Assembly (NCBI GenBank): GCA_963726255.1 | Contig: CAVSBL010000002.1 | Span: 160,001 to 224,000 of the forward strand | DNA length: 64,000 nucleotides | Origin: Candidatus Bathyarchaeota archaeon | GTDB taxonomy: Archaea > Thermoproteota > Bathyarchaeia > 40CM-2-53-6 | Direction of reading: 5' to 3' | In this document: piece by piece, positions 48,246-57,640 of the stretch | Layout of the letters: every line of letters begins with the position of its first letter | How positions within the stretch are numbered: position 1 is the first letter of the stretch | Translations under genes and position numbers: made by a program | The notes under the pieces: generated by a model | The model's input: the letters and a program-made list of their open reading frames with translations, nothing else | Databases searched by the model: none | Told to the model about the DNA's origin: nothing

Positions 48246-49444
48246 GTGAAGCGTACCGAAGGGAATTCGCGCCTCAAACGTCGGACTTCCTTTCTGACCT
48301 TACTTGGGTCTTCGTTTCCAATCCACACTCGTGAAATCAATTCAGCTATTTCACCCATCTGGGTCTCGCGCATGCCCCGTCGCGTTTCCTCACTCGTCCC
48401 AACCCTTATTCCTACGTCGACGATGATGTTCGCCTCTTCAAGTTTCCTAGCCAAGCGGAAGCCCTCGGCTTCGGATGGCACGTCGACTACGACCTGGTGG
48501 GATTGGGTGAACCCAAGTTCCTTTCCAAGCAGCCTGACGCCGTGTTCATCCAGGGCTTTTGCGAGTGCTTTGCTGTTGCGCACTACCTGCTGTGCATAAC
48601 GTCTGCCAAACCTTTTCATTTCGTTGAGGGCAACCTGAAGCGCCGCGATCCGGTTCCAGTGGGCGTTGTCCACGATGGCTGGATGAACAGCATCCCGGAG
48701 TTTTTCCTCGTACGCGTTTGAGAGGATGATTCCGCCCTGTGGGCCGAAGAAACTCTTGTGTGTAGAACCAATCAGAACCTCCGCACCCTCTCGAAGCGGA
48801 TCCTGGAACTGGCCACCCGCAATCAGCCCTAGCACGTGGGAGCCGTCGAAGACGACCTTTGCGCCAACCTGCTGACAGACTCCGGTCAGCGCTCTGACGG
48901 GGTGTGGAAAGAGGATCATACTGGCTCCGAAGACTACGACGCTGGGTCGTTCCTGCTCTATAGCGGTGTTTGCTCGTTCCGCGTCGATATTGAAGATTCG
49001 TCTGTTGAAAGGAAATTCAAGAACTTGCAGCTGGTAGATTTTCGGATAACCCTCACTTGAGATGCCTGGATATCCACCGTTGTCCTTTCCCACCACCATG
49101 ATCTTGTCTCCACGGTTTGCCAACGCGGTTAGGGCGATCATGTCTGCGGAGTGGCCTGAGATTGGCCTAACATCCGCGTACTTGGCCCCGAAGACCTCTT
49201 TCGCGAGGTCCTCGGTTTCGGCCTGTATCTGGTCAGTGTACCTTGTTCCCATGTAGTAGTGTTCGTGGGACGTGTACCTATTTGCGAGGTCGCAGCTGAG
49301 CATCTGGCGTACTGCGGGGCTGGAGAAGTTCTCTGAAGGAAGTAGGTTTAGGCAGCTTTTCACTCGCCAATCTTCATGTTGACGGAGGAGCTTCTTCAGA
49401 GAGGATGGGACGGGGGCTCTTCCTGTGGTGGCATGGCGTTTCAA
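48242..49444 (-). CDS. glyA: Serine hydroxymethyltransferase
   Basis: NLLPSEN, DGSHVLG and STHKSFFGPQGG motifs. Confidence 0.93.
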   Translation of the reverse strand: MKRHATTGRAPVPSSLKKLLRQHEDWRVKSCLNLLPSENFSSPAVRQMLSCDLANRYTSHEHYYMGTRYTDQIQAETEDLAKEVFGAKYADVRPISGHSADMIALTALANRGDKIMVVGKDNGGYPGISSEGYPKIYQLQVLEFPFNRRIFNIDAERANTAIEQERPSVVVFGASMILFPHPVRALTGVCQQVGAKVVFDGSHVLGLIAGGQFQDPLREGAEVLIGSTHKSFFGPQGGIILSNAYEEKLRDAVHPAIVDNAHWNRIAALQVALNEMKRFGRRYAQQVVRNSKALAKALDEHGVRLLGKELGFTQSHQVVVDVPSEAEGFRLARKLEEANIIVDVGIRVGTSEETRRGMRETQMGEIAELISRVWIGNEDPSKVRKEVRRLRREFPSVRFT

Positions 49445-49485
49445 CGAAGCATTCCCAACACGGTGAGATGCAGTCGCCCCGCTGA

Positions 49486-49887
49486 TCAGACTCGTCTGCC
49501 GCGTCGACCGCCGGGCCGGCGTGTACCGTCATGGGGGATCGGTGTGACGTCCTCGATTCTGCCGATCCTGAACCCTGATCGGGCAAGCATTCTAATCGCC
49601 GCTTGCGCACCTGGGCCTGGGGTTCTCGCTTTGTGCCCACCGGGGGCCCTAACTCTGATGTGGAGGGATGTGATTCCTCTGTCTTTCGCTACCCGGGATG
49701 CTGCAGCGGCAGCTTGCATTGCAGCGTAAGGGGACCCTTGGAGACGGTCCGCCTTCACATGCTGTCCCCCTGCGCTTCGGGATATGGTTTCAGCGCCGCT
49801 GAGGTCGGTTATGTGGACTAGGGTATTGTTGAATGATGAATAGATGTTGGCTATGCCCCAGCGTTGAGGTATTTTCTTCTCGGACAG
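49486..49887 (-). CDS. rps11: 30S ribosomal protein uS11 (CTG start)
   Basis: [13 protein letters not shown]...SPYAAM...[21 protein letters not shown]. The frame is closed by TGA two codons before CTG 49887. Confidence 0.93.
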   Translation of the reverse strand: MSEKKIPQRWGIANIYSSFNNTLVHITDLSGAETISRSAGGQHVKADRLQGSPYAAMQAAAAASRVAKDRGITSLHIRVRAPGGHKARTPGPGAQAAIRMLARSGFRIGRIEDVTPIPHDGTRRPGGRRGRRV

Positions 49888-50026
49888 TGGTCACACATCC
49901 ACGTGAACTTTCGAAGTTGGTCAACCCAGTTCGCCATATTTAACTTTGGGGCGAATAAACTGAAGGAATTCTGAGAAGTTTTTGTGGTGGAGCTGGACGA
50001 TAGGCGAATTAGAATTTGAAGGAAGG

Positions 50027-50998
50027 TTAGAGCTGAACACTGTACCGCGCCGGCTGTCCACTTAGGACCCTAGTGAACTCTTCAACGACCTTCCTCTGCT
50101 TCTCCTTAATTGAACGCTCCGAATAGAACGCACTGTGTGGCGAAACTATGATGTTGGGTAAAGTGAACAGTGGATCTGAAGGGCTTGGCGGTTCCTCCTC
50201 AAGGACGTCTAATGCGGCGCCTGCGATCCAACCCTCCTTTACTGCTCTATAGACAGCCTGCTGGTCAACAACTTTCCCACGGCAAGTGTTTACGAGGTAA
50301 GCTGTCTTCTTCATTATGCGTAGCTGCGGTTCCCCGATCATATGGTAAGTTTCTGGAGTTAGAGGGACCTCAAGGTTCACAACGTCACTCTCCTTAAGCA
50401 GAGTCCCGAGGTCTACTGCTTCAGCGCCGAAGATTTTCTCGCACCCTAGCGGGATGTATGGGTCGCATTCTAAGACCCGCATCCCAAACGCGTGCGCTCG
50501 CAGTGCGACGACTGAGCCTATCCGCCCAAGCCCGATGATTCCAATCACACTGTCCCGCAGAGCCTTCGTGGGCCTGAGGCGAGGCCAATCCCAAATCCCA
50601 CTTTTCACATCAGAATTTCCCTGGAACAGTTTCCTCATGAGCGCAAGCGCCATTGTTACAGCGTGGTCCGCTACCTCTTCTACGCAGTAGTCAGGCATGT
50701 TCGAAACGCTGATTCCACGTCTCTGTGCGGCCGCAATATCGACGTAGTCGTAGCCGGTACTGTAAAGTACGATGGCTTTGCACTTCGGCAGCTGATCAAT
50801 CGTATTTCCATCTATGGGCAATAGGTCTACGAATACCCCGTCGGCGTCCTTTGCGATCTTAACCAGTTCATCGCCATTGTTGCAAGCTTTCATAACTACA
50901 TCAAAATGCTCAGCGAGCATGTCGCGCAATTCTTCGGTGGATTCGTCCACAGAACCCATGGCTATCTTCAACCGAGAAGGACTCGTTCCTCTCACCAC
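50027..50998 (-). CDS. D-2-hydroxyacid dehydrogenase (CtBP-like)
   Basis: GYD.VD, PDYCVEEVADH, GLGRIG, DVLEEEP and PHSAFYS motifs; start uncertain. Confidence 0.9.
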   Translation of the reverse strand: MVRGTSPSRLKIAMGSVDESTEELRDMLAEHFDVVMKACNNGDELVKIAKDADGVFVDLLPIDGNTIDQLPKCKAIVLYSTGYDYVDIAAAQRRGISVSNMPDYCVEEVADHAVTMALALMRKLFQGNSDVKSGIWDWPRLRPTKALRDSVIGIIGLGRIGSVVALRAHAFGMRVLECDPYIPLGCEKIFGAEAVDLGTLLKESDVVNLEVPLTPETYHMIGEPQLRIMKKTAYLVNTCRGKVVDQQAVYRAVKEGWIAGAALDVLEEEPPSPSDPLFTLPNIIVSPHSAFYSERSIKEKQRKVVEEFTRVLSGQPARYSVQL

Positions 50999-51172
50999 AT
51001 GCCGCTCTTCTACAGAGACGCCTATCAGCGTTGTTATGACAGCAATCGTGTCTGCGCCGAGGGCATGGGCAAGTCTTATCAAAACTTCAAGCGCACGGTT
51101 CTGACAAAACCGCATACGTAATTAACTTTCCTCGGACGTAGGCTAATTGAAACATGGGCAGATGGCCTTCCC

Positions 51173-51652
51173 TTGAAGAATTTGCGAATCCGGCCTGCAT
51201 CGCCATCAGACCTTCCGGGCATTTGCCTGATCGAAGATAATTCATTCTCTGACCCATATCCCCCCTACCTCCTAGAGAGACTGTTGCAGGAAATTGGGAA
51301 GGGCTTCTTAGTGGCAGAGGAAGCGCCTGACAAACTGGTCGGATATTGTGTGTCATCTATAGAAGGAAGAATGGCCCACCTGATTTCAATCGCCGTTCTG
51401 ACAAAGAGTCGCAGGAAGGGCGTGGCGACATCGCTAGTACGGGACCTCATCGAATACTTACAAGCGCACAGGGTCGATGAGCTCTGGCTTGAAGTGAAAC
51501 AAGGGAACAAGGAGGCCATCAAACTCTACGAGAAATTCGGGTTTGCAAAGGTCATGATTTTGGAAAATTACTATTCAGACGGTTCACCAGCTCTCCGGAT
51601 GCGAACGAGCTTGAGAAAACAGGTTCTGAAGGTCAAACGTAACAAAAGGTAA
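51173..51652 (+). CDS. RimI/Ard1-like N-acetyltransferase
   Basis: HLISIAV, RRKGVA, LEVK..N..AI.LYEKFGF and YYSDG motifs. Confidence 0.9.
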   Translation: MKNLRIRPASPSDLPGICLIEDNSFSDPYPPYLLERLLQEIGKGFLVAEEAPDKLVGYCVSSIEGRMAHLISIAVLTKSRRKGVATSLVRDLIEYLQAHRVDELWLEVKQGNKEAIKLYEKFGFAKVMILENYYSDGSPALRMRTSLRKQVLKVKRNKR

Positions 51653-51659
51653 TTGCCTA

Positions 51660-53993
51660 ATGAAATCTAGATTCTACCTTCTCGATGATAATGAGATTGA
51701 GTGGAAAGGGAAACCTTGCGTTAGATTCTGGGGCATAGGCGAAAAGGGCAAGAGAATTTGCGTTCTTAGCAACCAAATAATGCCATACTTCTACTTTCTA
51801 CCCAACGAGCAGGACAACCTCGAGACAAGTAGGCAAAGGATCCTTGAAGACAAGAAGCGTTTTCCAAAAATCCTCAGCGTCTCAATTGAAAGTAAGAAAC
51901 TCCTCGGACAAGAACGTAGGGCGTTGAAAATAACCTGCGAAGAGTCTGAAGTCCGATCAAGCTACTCGAAGGAACTGCAAAAGCTCCTCGGCAAGGGCGA
52001 AGGCTTTGAGGGCGATCTCAGGCTTTCAGCCAGGTACATAACCGATCTGATGTTGACGCCATGCGGCTGGAACGAATGTGAAGTCAGTAAATTGGCATTC
52101 GACGGACCGTACGATGCCTACGTAGCAACAGAAGCTCCTCGGGGTGTTGTCGATGACTCGGTTCCCAACCTCCGGATTCTCGCATGCCACACGCTGACTG
52201 CTGGAATGAAAGGGTCAGCGAAACCGGAAAGGGACCCAATACGGGCGATAGCTGCAGTAACTAACTCGGGGAAGTCAACGACTCTTGTCTCCGGAGAAGG
52301 GAAGGAGGGTGATGTCAACGTCCTGAAGGACTTCGTTGAATTCGTAAACAGCTTCGACCCCGACATCATCGTTGGCTTCGAAAGCAACACGCAAGACTGG
52401 CCATACATGATTCAACGGTCAAAGGTGCTCAAGCTGAAGCTTTCCGTGGGGCGGGATTCGAGCGAGCCCCATACAAGCGTCTACGGCCACGTATCAGTAA
52501 CTGGCAGGGCAAACGTAGACCTATCCGATGTCGCAGGCGGCATCCCTGAAATCAAAGTGAAAACGCTTGAGAACGTTTCCAAATACCTTCAACTTCCCTC
52601 CGCAGGAAAGTTCACCACGGTCGAAGAATGGGACAGATACGACTTGTGGATGGAAGAGGCGAGGAGGAAAAGGCTGCTGCAGAACGGGCGGATGATGGCA
52701 CAAGCCTCACTGGAACTGGCTGAGGCGACGTTGAATTTTCCAATGCAGCTTTCTGCTTTGACGGGCTTGCCCCTTGACCAGGTCATGGCGGCGGCCGTTG
52801 GATTCCGAGTTGACTCGTACTTGGTCCGGCAGGCGAACCGAATTGGGGAACTTATACCTGCAAGGAACGACCAGCCTTACTTCACCTACCGGGGAGCAAT
52901 CGTGCTCGAGCCCAAAACCGGGCTCCATGAGGATGTTGTCGTACTAGACTTCGCTTCTATGTACCCAACGCTGATGGAGAAGTACAATCTTTCACCAGAT
53001 GCACTAGTGAAACCTGAGGAACACCCTTCAGAAGACTCGGTCTTTGTCATCCCCGACGTACAACATAAGTTTCGGAAAAAACCCGACGGGTTCTATCGAA
53101 CCGTTCTCTCACAGCTAATTCATGAGCGGTCCGAAATCAAAGCTGAGTTGAAAGAAACTGGCTCAGCTTCAACTCGGAGCAAGGTTCTGAAGGAACGTGA
53201 ACGGGCCTTGAAGGTGATTACGAACGCATGCTATGGCTATGCTGGATGGGCGGGAGCCCGTTGGTATGCAAGGGAAGTTGCAGAGTCCGCAACCGCCCTA
53301 GGACGCGAAACGATTACGAAGACCATAGCAAAAGCAGAATCCCTAGGGCTCACAATAATCTACGGCGACACAGACTCCCTCTTCGTCAAGAATGAACGTT
53401 CTAGGATTGCACAGCTTCTTGATTGGGTTCACAAGGATCTCGACCTGGAGATCCGAGTTGAGCGGGAGTACCGGCGAATCCTATTCACGGAGGCGATGAA
53501 GCGATACGCCGGGCTACTTACGGACGGAAGCCTAGACATAGTCGGCTTAGAAGTTGTTCGCGGCGACTGGTCTGAAATCGCACGCCAAGTGCAAGAAGAA
53601 GTTCTGGAGAAAATTCTTCAAGACCAATCACCTGAGAAAGCTGTTGAAGCAGTGCGGACGATAATCCGCAAACTAGAAAACGGCGAAGTCCCAATTGCTG
53701 AATTGACTATTCGAAAGACATTGACCAAGCCGATCGAGAAGTACGCTGTCAGGGTACCTCATGTCGAAGTCGCAAGGAAACTCTTGAAGGAGGGTTGGAC
53801 TCTAATGGTCGGTGACAAGGTTGCCTACGTCATCGTAAAGGGATCCGGCAAACTATTCCAGAAAGCTAAGCCCTACAATCAAGTGAAACAGGAAGAAGTT
53901 GATAAGGAGTACTACCTGGAAAACCAAATCAAGCCTGCCGCGATGCGAATCCTAGAACGATTCGGCGTGAACGCCAAACAATTGGAGGTTTAG
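51660..53993 (+). CDS. polB: Family B DNA polymerase (PolB3-like), exonuclease motifs degenerate
   Basis: DFASMYP, K...NACYGY, YGDTDS, KRY, GLEVVRGDW and YYLENQ motifs. Confidence 0.95.
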   Translation: MKSRFYLLDDNEIEWKGKPCVRFWGIGEKGKRICVLSNQIMPYFYFLPNEQDNLETSRQRILEDKKRFPKILSVSIESKKLLGQERRALKITCEESEVRSSYSKELQKLLGKGEGFEGDLRLSARYITDLMLTPCGWNECEVSKLAFDGPYDAYVATEAPRGVVDDSVPNLRILACHTLTAGMKGSAKPERDPIRAIAAVTNSGKSTTLVSGEGKEGDVNVLKDFVEFVNSFDPDIIVGFESNTQDWPYMIQRSKVLKLKLSVGRDSSEPHTSVYGHVSVTGRANVDLSDVAGGIPEIKVKTLENVSKYLQLPSAGKFTTVEEWDRYDLWMEEARRKRLLQNGRMMAQASLELAEATLNFPMQLSALTGLPLDQVMAAAVGFRVDSYLVRQANRIGELIPARNDQPYFTYRGAIVLEPKTGLHEDVVVLDFASMYPTLMEKYNLSPDALVKPEEHPSEDSVFVIPDVQHKFRKKPDGFYRTVLSQLIHERSEIKAELKETGSASTRSKVLKERERALKVITNACYGYAGWAGARWYAREVAESATALGRETITKTIAKAESLGLTIIYGDTDSLFVKNERSRIAQLLDWVHKDLDLEIRVEREYRRILFTEAMKRYAGLLTDGSLDIVGLEVVRGDWSEIARQVQEEVLEKILQDQSPEKAVEAVRTIIRKLENGEVPIAELTIRKTLTKPIEKYAVRVPHVEVARKLLKEGWTLMVGDKVAYVIVKGSGKLFQKAKPYNQVKQEEVDKEYYLENQIKPAAMRILERFGVNAKQLEV

Positions 53994-55171
53994 GCGGTCG
54001 GTGGACCAGCGACTTCCGGGAGGGTCATGATCTTAACGGAGGCTGCCCTACGTGCTAGGTCCGCAATTCGGTCACCCACGATCAGCTTGACGCCCTTTTC
54101 TTCGGCCAAATCTACTAACCTCTGGGTAACTACTCCGTCGAAGACAATCGTATCAACGCCCTGATAGTCGCCGAGTTTGCCAGCAAGTTCACTCACAGGT
54201 AGCCTAGCGAGTTCGCTCATATTCTGGTCAAGCAATACCCCCTCTAGGGACCCGCGCAATTCGCGGGCTTTGACCACAACGTTCTGGGGGAGTTGTGGGG
54301 GAGGTGCCCGTGGAACCGGAATTGGTGCTGGGCGCGTGCCCGGAGGTCTTCCAGATTCGACCGGCACTTTCTCGCGCAGGGCCTTAATGATTTCCTTCGG
54401 TACGAGGTCTTCGACCTCCTTCCCCAAAGGCGCTCGTGCAACATAGTCAACGGGCGCTACCTGCATCAACTCTTTCAGGATGAGGTCTCCACCCCTATCG
54501 CCATCTAGGAAGGCTGTCGTTTCCTTAGTCTTGGAAAGCTCCATTATCGTTCGGGGGATCTTCGTTCCTTCAATCGCTACCGCGTTCCTAATTCCGCATC
54601 GCAGAAGGTTGATGATGTCTGCCCTACCTTCCACGAAGATTACGTCTGCGCTAGTGGCAACGTCGGGGCCTGCGGGGAGATGGTCCGTCCCATATTCAGC
54701 GACGTCCGCTGACCGTATCACTCCTGATACGTCTTTGACCATTTCCTCTGTGCTTGGCGATTCTTCTATGACCCAGGTGCGTAGGATATCCTTCGCCTTG
54801 TCAAGAATTACCTTACGTTTTTCTTCCCTGATGTCAGCGACTTTATCTAGTGTTACCTTGGCGATGCATGGGCCTATTCGGTCTACGCTTTGGACCGCGG
54901 CCGCAATGATGGCTGTCGAGGTCTTGTCAAGGCTCGACGGGATGGTTATTACTCCAACTGTCTTATCCTGTTTGGAATCTAGTTGAATTTCTATGCGCCC
55001 GATTCGACCTGATTTTTGAAGCTCGCGTAGGTCCAGGTCCGGACCAAACAATCCTTCTGTTTGACCGAATATGGCGCCTATCACGTCAGGCTTCTCTACG
55101 ACGCCCTCCACTTCGAAACGGGCGACGATCATATACTTTGTCGTAGGTGCATACTGTGAATTTGCTCCCAA
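53990..55171 (-). CDS. dnaG: Archaeal DnaG (exosome-associated primase homologue)
   Basis: GVVEKPDVIGAIFGQTEGL, VEGRAD and DGDRGG motifs. Confidence 0.96.
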   Translation of the reverse strand: MGANSQYAPTTKYMIVARFEVEGVVEKPDVIGAIFGQTEGLFGPDLDLRELQKSGRIGRIEIQLDSKQDKTVGVITIPSSLDKTSTAIIAAAVQSVDRIGPCIAKVTLDKVADIREEKRKVILDKAKDILRTWVIEESPSTEEMVKDVSGVIRSADVAEYGTDHLPAGPDVATSADVIFVEGRADIINLLRCGIRNAVAIEGTKIPRTIMELSKTKETTAFLDGDRGGDLILKELMQVAPVDYVARAPLGKEVEDLVPKEIIKALREKVPVESGRPPGTRPAPIPVPRAPPPQLPQNVVVKARELRGSLEGVLLDQNMSELARLPVSELAGKLGDYQGVDTIVFDGVVTQRLVDLAEEKGVKLIVGDRIADLARRAASVKIMTLPEVAGPPTA

Positions 55172-55358
55172 TTACTCGTGAACCTCCTAATTTGCTCACG
55201 TTTACGAAAGTAAGTGACATGAGCATCCGAAACGTACCATCGGAAGTTCCCAATATAAACTGTGTGCACTCGAACGAGTTCGAAATCCATGAACACGTAT
55301 TACCTGGAAAACATCTTATTCAGACCTCATTCTGTCTCAGAACTGGTGCATTAGACTC

Positions 55359-56357
55359 GTGACAAGAATCGGAATTAACGGGTTCGGAAGAATCGGCCGC
55401 TGCTTTTTCAGGGCTGCCACAGAGGCTGGTTTGCAAATAGTCGCTGCCAACGACATAATGGATCCGAAGACGGCGGCTCACCTCCTCAAGTACGACTCCG
55501 TGTTCGGTAAGCTGCAGAACACCATTAATGTTGAGACTGACGGTTTCAAAGTCGATGGAAAGGAAGTCAAAATTCTCTCAGTTAGGGATCCCGGCGAGAT
55601 TCCTTGGTCCAAGTACGGCGTCGAGATTGTGGTCGAATCCACCGGACTGTTCACAAACAGGGAGACGGCTGCGAAGCACATGATAGGCGGAGCTAAGAAA
55701 GTGCTCATTTCCGCCCCAGCCAAGAACCCTGACATCACGATTGTCCCGGGCGTCAACCTGGACAAGTACGACCCGAAGAAACATGATGTTGTTTCACTTG
55801 CATCCTGCACTACAAACTGTGTAACGCCAGTAGTCAAAGTGCTAAACGATGCGTGTACGATAAAGCATGGTTTCATGACCACGGCCCACGCGTATACTGG
55901 CGACCAGCGACTTCAGGACCTGCCCCATAGCGATTTGAGGCGGGCTAGAGCTGCAGCACTCTCGATCATCCCGACTTCCACAGGTGCCGCCATCTCCACA
56001 ACCGAGGTAATCCCTGAACTGAAAGGCAAGATTCACGGCGTGGCACTGCGCGTTCCGGTCCCAGACGGGTCGATTGTCGACTTTGTCGCTGAAGTAGGCC
56101 GTGACGTAACCGTCGACTTCGTGAACAAGGCATTCCATGCAGCGGCGAACGGCCCGATGCAGCATATACTCGAATACTCCGAAGAACCGTTGGTTTCCGC
56201 CGACATTATCGGGAACCCACATTCAGCCGTCTTCGATTCACTCACAACAATGGTTCTAGAAAACAGGCTGGTCAAAGTCTTCGCATGGTACGACAACGAG
56301 TGGGGATACTCGAATAGGCTTGTAGACATGGTGCAAACCATGTCAAAATACCTCTGA
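55359..56357 (+). CDS. gap: Glyceraldehyde-3-phosphate dehydrogenase, class I (bacterial type)
   Basis: GINGFGRIGR, ASCTTNC, IIPTSTGAA and WYDNEWGYS motifs. Confidence 0.96.
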   Translation: MTRIGINGFGRIGRCFFRAATEAGLQIVAANDIMDPKTAAHLLKYDSVFGKLQNTINVETDGFKVDGKEVKILSVRDPGEIPWSKYGVEIVVESTGLFTNRETAAKHMIGGAKKVLISAPAKNPDITIVPGVNLDKYDPKKHDVVSLASCTTNCVTPVVKVLNDACTIKHGFMTTAHAYTGDQRLQDLPHSDLRRARAAALSIIPTSTGAAISTTEVIPELKGKIHGVALRVPVPDGSIVDFVAEVGRDVTVDFVNKAFHAAANGPMQHILEYSEEPLVSADIIGNPHSAVFDSLTTMVLENRLVKVFAWYDNEWGYSNRLVDMVQTMSKYL

Positions 56358-56402
56358 GGCGTCTGAGGAAATCGATCGGGCGGTTAACTCGCCTGACATG
56401 AC

Positions 56403-57065
56403 TCACTTCTGGCCGTGCTTGATGTGTTTCCTTACGAGTAAGTACAACGCGATTGCGGCTATGAAGACAAGAGGCACTATTGCTTCTGATATGATGTTTG
56501 ATGAAGAATTCTGTGGTATTTGTGAAGTGGCAGATTGTGGAGGTTGAGGCATCTGAAGTGAATTGGTCGTTGGAGGGTATGACGTATAGGGCGTAAGACT
56601 GACTTGCGTCGTGGTATTAGTTGCAGGAGTACCGTTCATCGTAATTGTTGCAGTTGCGCCGTCGATAGTCGCAGGGTTGCCCCAAGCAACGAGAAATATG
56701 AAATATTTCGATCCGGTTGTGAGATTCTGGTCAGCCTCAAGGCTTGTCGCATTCCAATCAGCGAATATGCCTCCATTTGAGGTTAGGTCCTGGACTTGAA
56801 GATGTTCTCCGCACGGAATGTAGTTGAGAGTTTGAAATATGTAGAAATCCATCGGCACGGCCGAACGGAAGCTTATGTGAACTGGCCCCGTGAACGGGAT
56901 GGCAACCGAATCCACGCCACAATAGTTGCCTGTTCCCAGTGGGTAGATGGTAGTTAGAGTCGCCGTCGTCGTCGAACTATCCTTTGGGGCAGGGCCGAGG
57001 GATGCTTGTATTCCAACTACCGAGGCCACGACTAGAATGCAGGCCAGAAGAATGTGGAATCGCAT
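56403..57065 (-). CDS. Hypothetical secreted, membrane-anchored Thr/Ser-rich protein
   Basis: Signal peptide, Thr-rich linkers, C-terminal TM followed by a basic tail. Confidence 0.7.
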   Translation of the reverse strand: MRFHILLACILVVASVVGIQASLGPAPKDSSTTTATLTTIYPLGTGNYCGVDSVAIPFTGPVHISFRSAVPMDFYIFQTLNYIPCGEHLQVQDLTSNGGIFADWNATSLEADQNLTTGSKYFIFLVAWGNPATIDGATATITMNGTPATNTTTQVSLTPYTSYPPTTNSLQMPQPPQSATSQIPQNSSSNIISEAIVPLVFIAAIALYLLVRKHIKHGQK

Positions 57066-57133
57066 AATCAGCTAAGGTTAGGATTCATGGATCGTAATAA
57101 AACGGTTTGCATCGATATCTAATCAACAGAACT

Positions 57134-57631
57134 TCAAATTCGACTTGCTCTTCGAAACCGGCCTCGCTCTTTGTCCCGTCGAGGCTGGTATCGTGTTTCA
57201 TATTCCCGCCGGGCTGATATGGGGCCGAAAAATACTTCAGCCCTAAGCCGACTGTGGAATTTCGGCAGTTCTTCGATGCTGCGAACGTCTGACCTCGTTA
57301 GTCCACGCAGTTCGCGCCATAAGACTAGGTTTGCGTGAATCTTCTGGTAATTCAAGCTGCGAGCCAGACGCTTCGCCAAGGACACGCCTTCGCGGTCAAA
57401 ATCCGTGAGAACTATTACCTTTCTCCCAGCGTCCAGCTCTTCAACGAAACCTAGGGGATTCTTTCGGCTGCTCTGCAAACAGAGGATTGTTCCTGGGATT
57501 CCCATATTACGAAGGGAGTCTCGGTCGCGAGTTCCTTCAACTACGATGATGCCCCCTTGTTCCGACTCGTGGGTGACTCTTTGAATGAGTTTCTCTAGCC
57601 GATCTAGCCTAACTTCGGCTGGGGCGCGCAT
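57134..57631 (-). CDS. Small TOPRIM-domain protein (COG1658/RNase M5-like)
   Basis: IVVEG.RD and LTDFDREG motifs. Confidence 0.88.
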   Translation of the reverse strand: MRAPAEVRLDRLEKLIQRVTHESEQGGIIVVEGTRDRDSLRNMGIPGTILCLQSSRKNPLGFVEELDAGRKVIVLTDFDREGVSLAKRLARSLNYQKIHANLVLWRELRGLTRSDVRSIEELPKFHSRLRAEVFFGPISARREYETRYQPRRDKERGRFRRASRI

Positions 57632-57640
57632 TTCGAGTTG

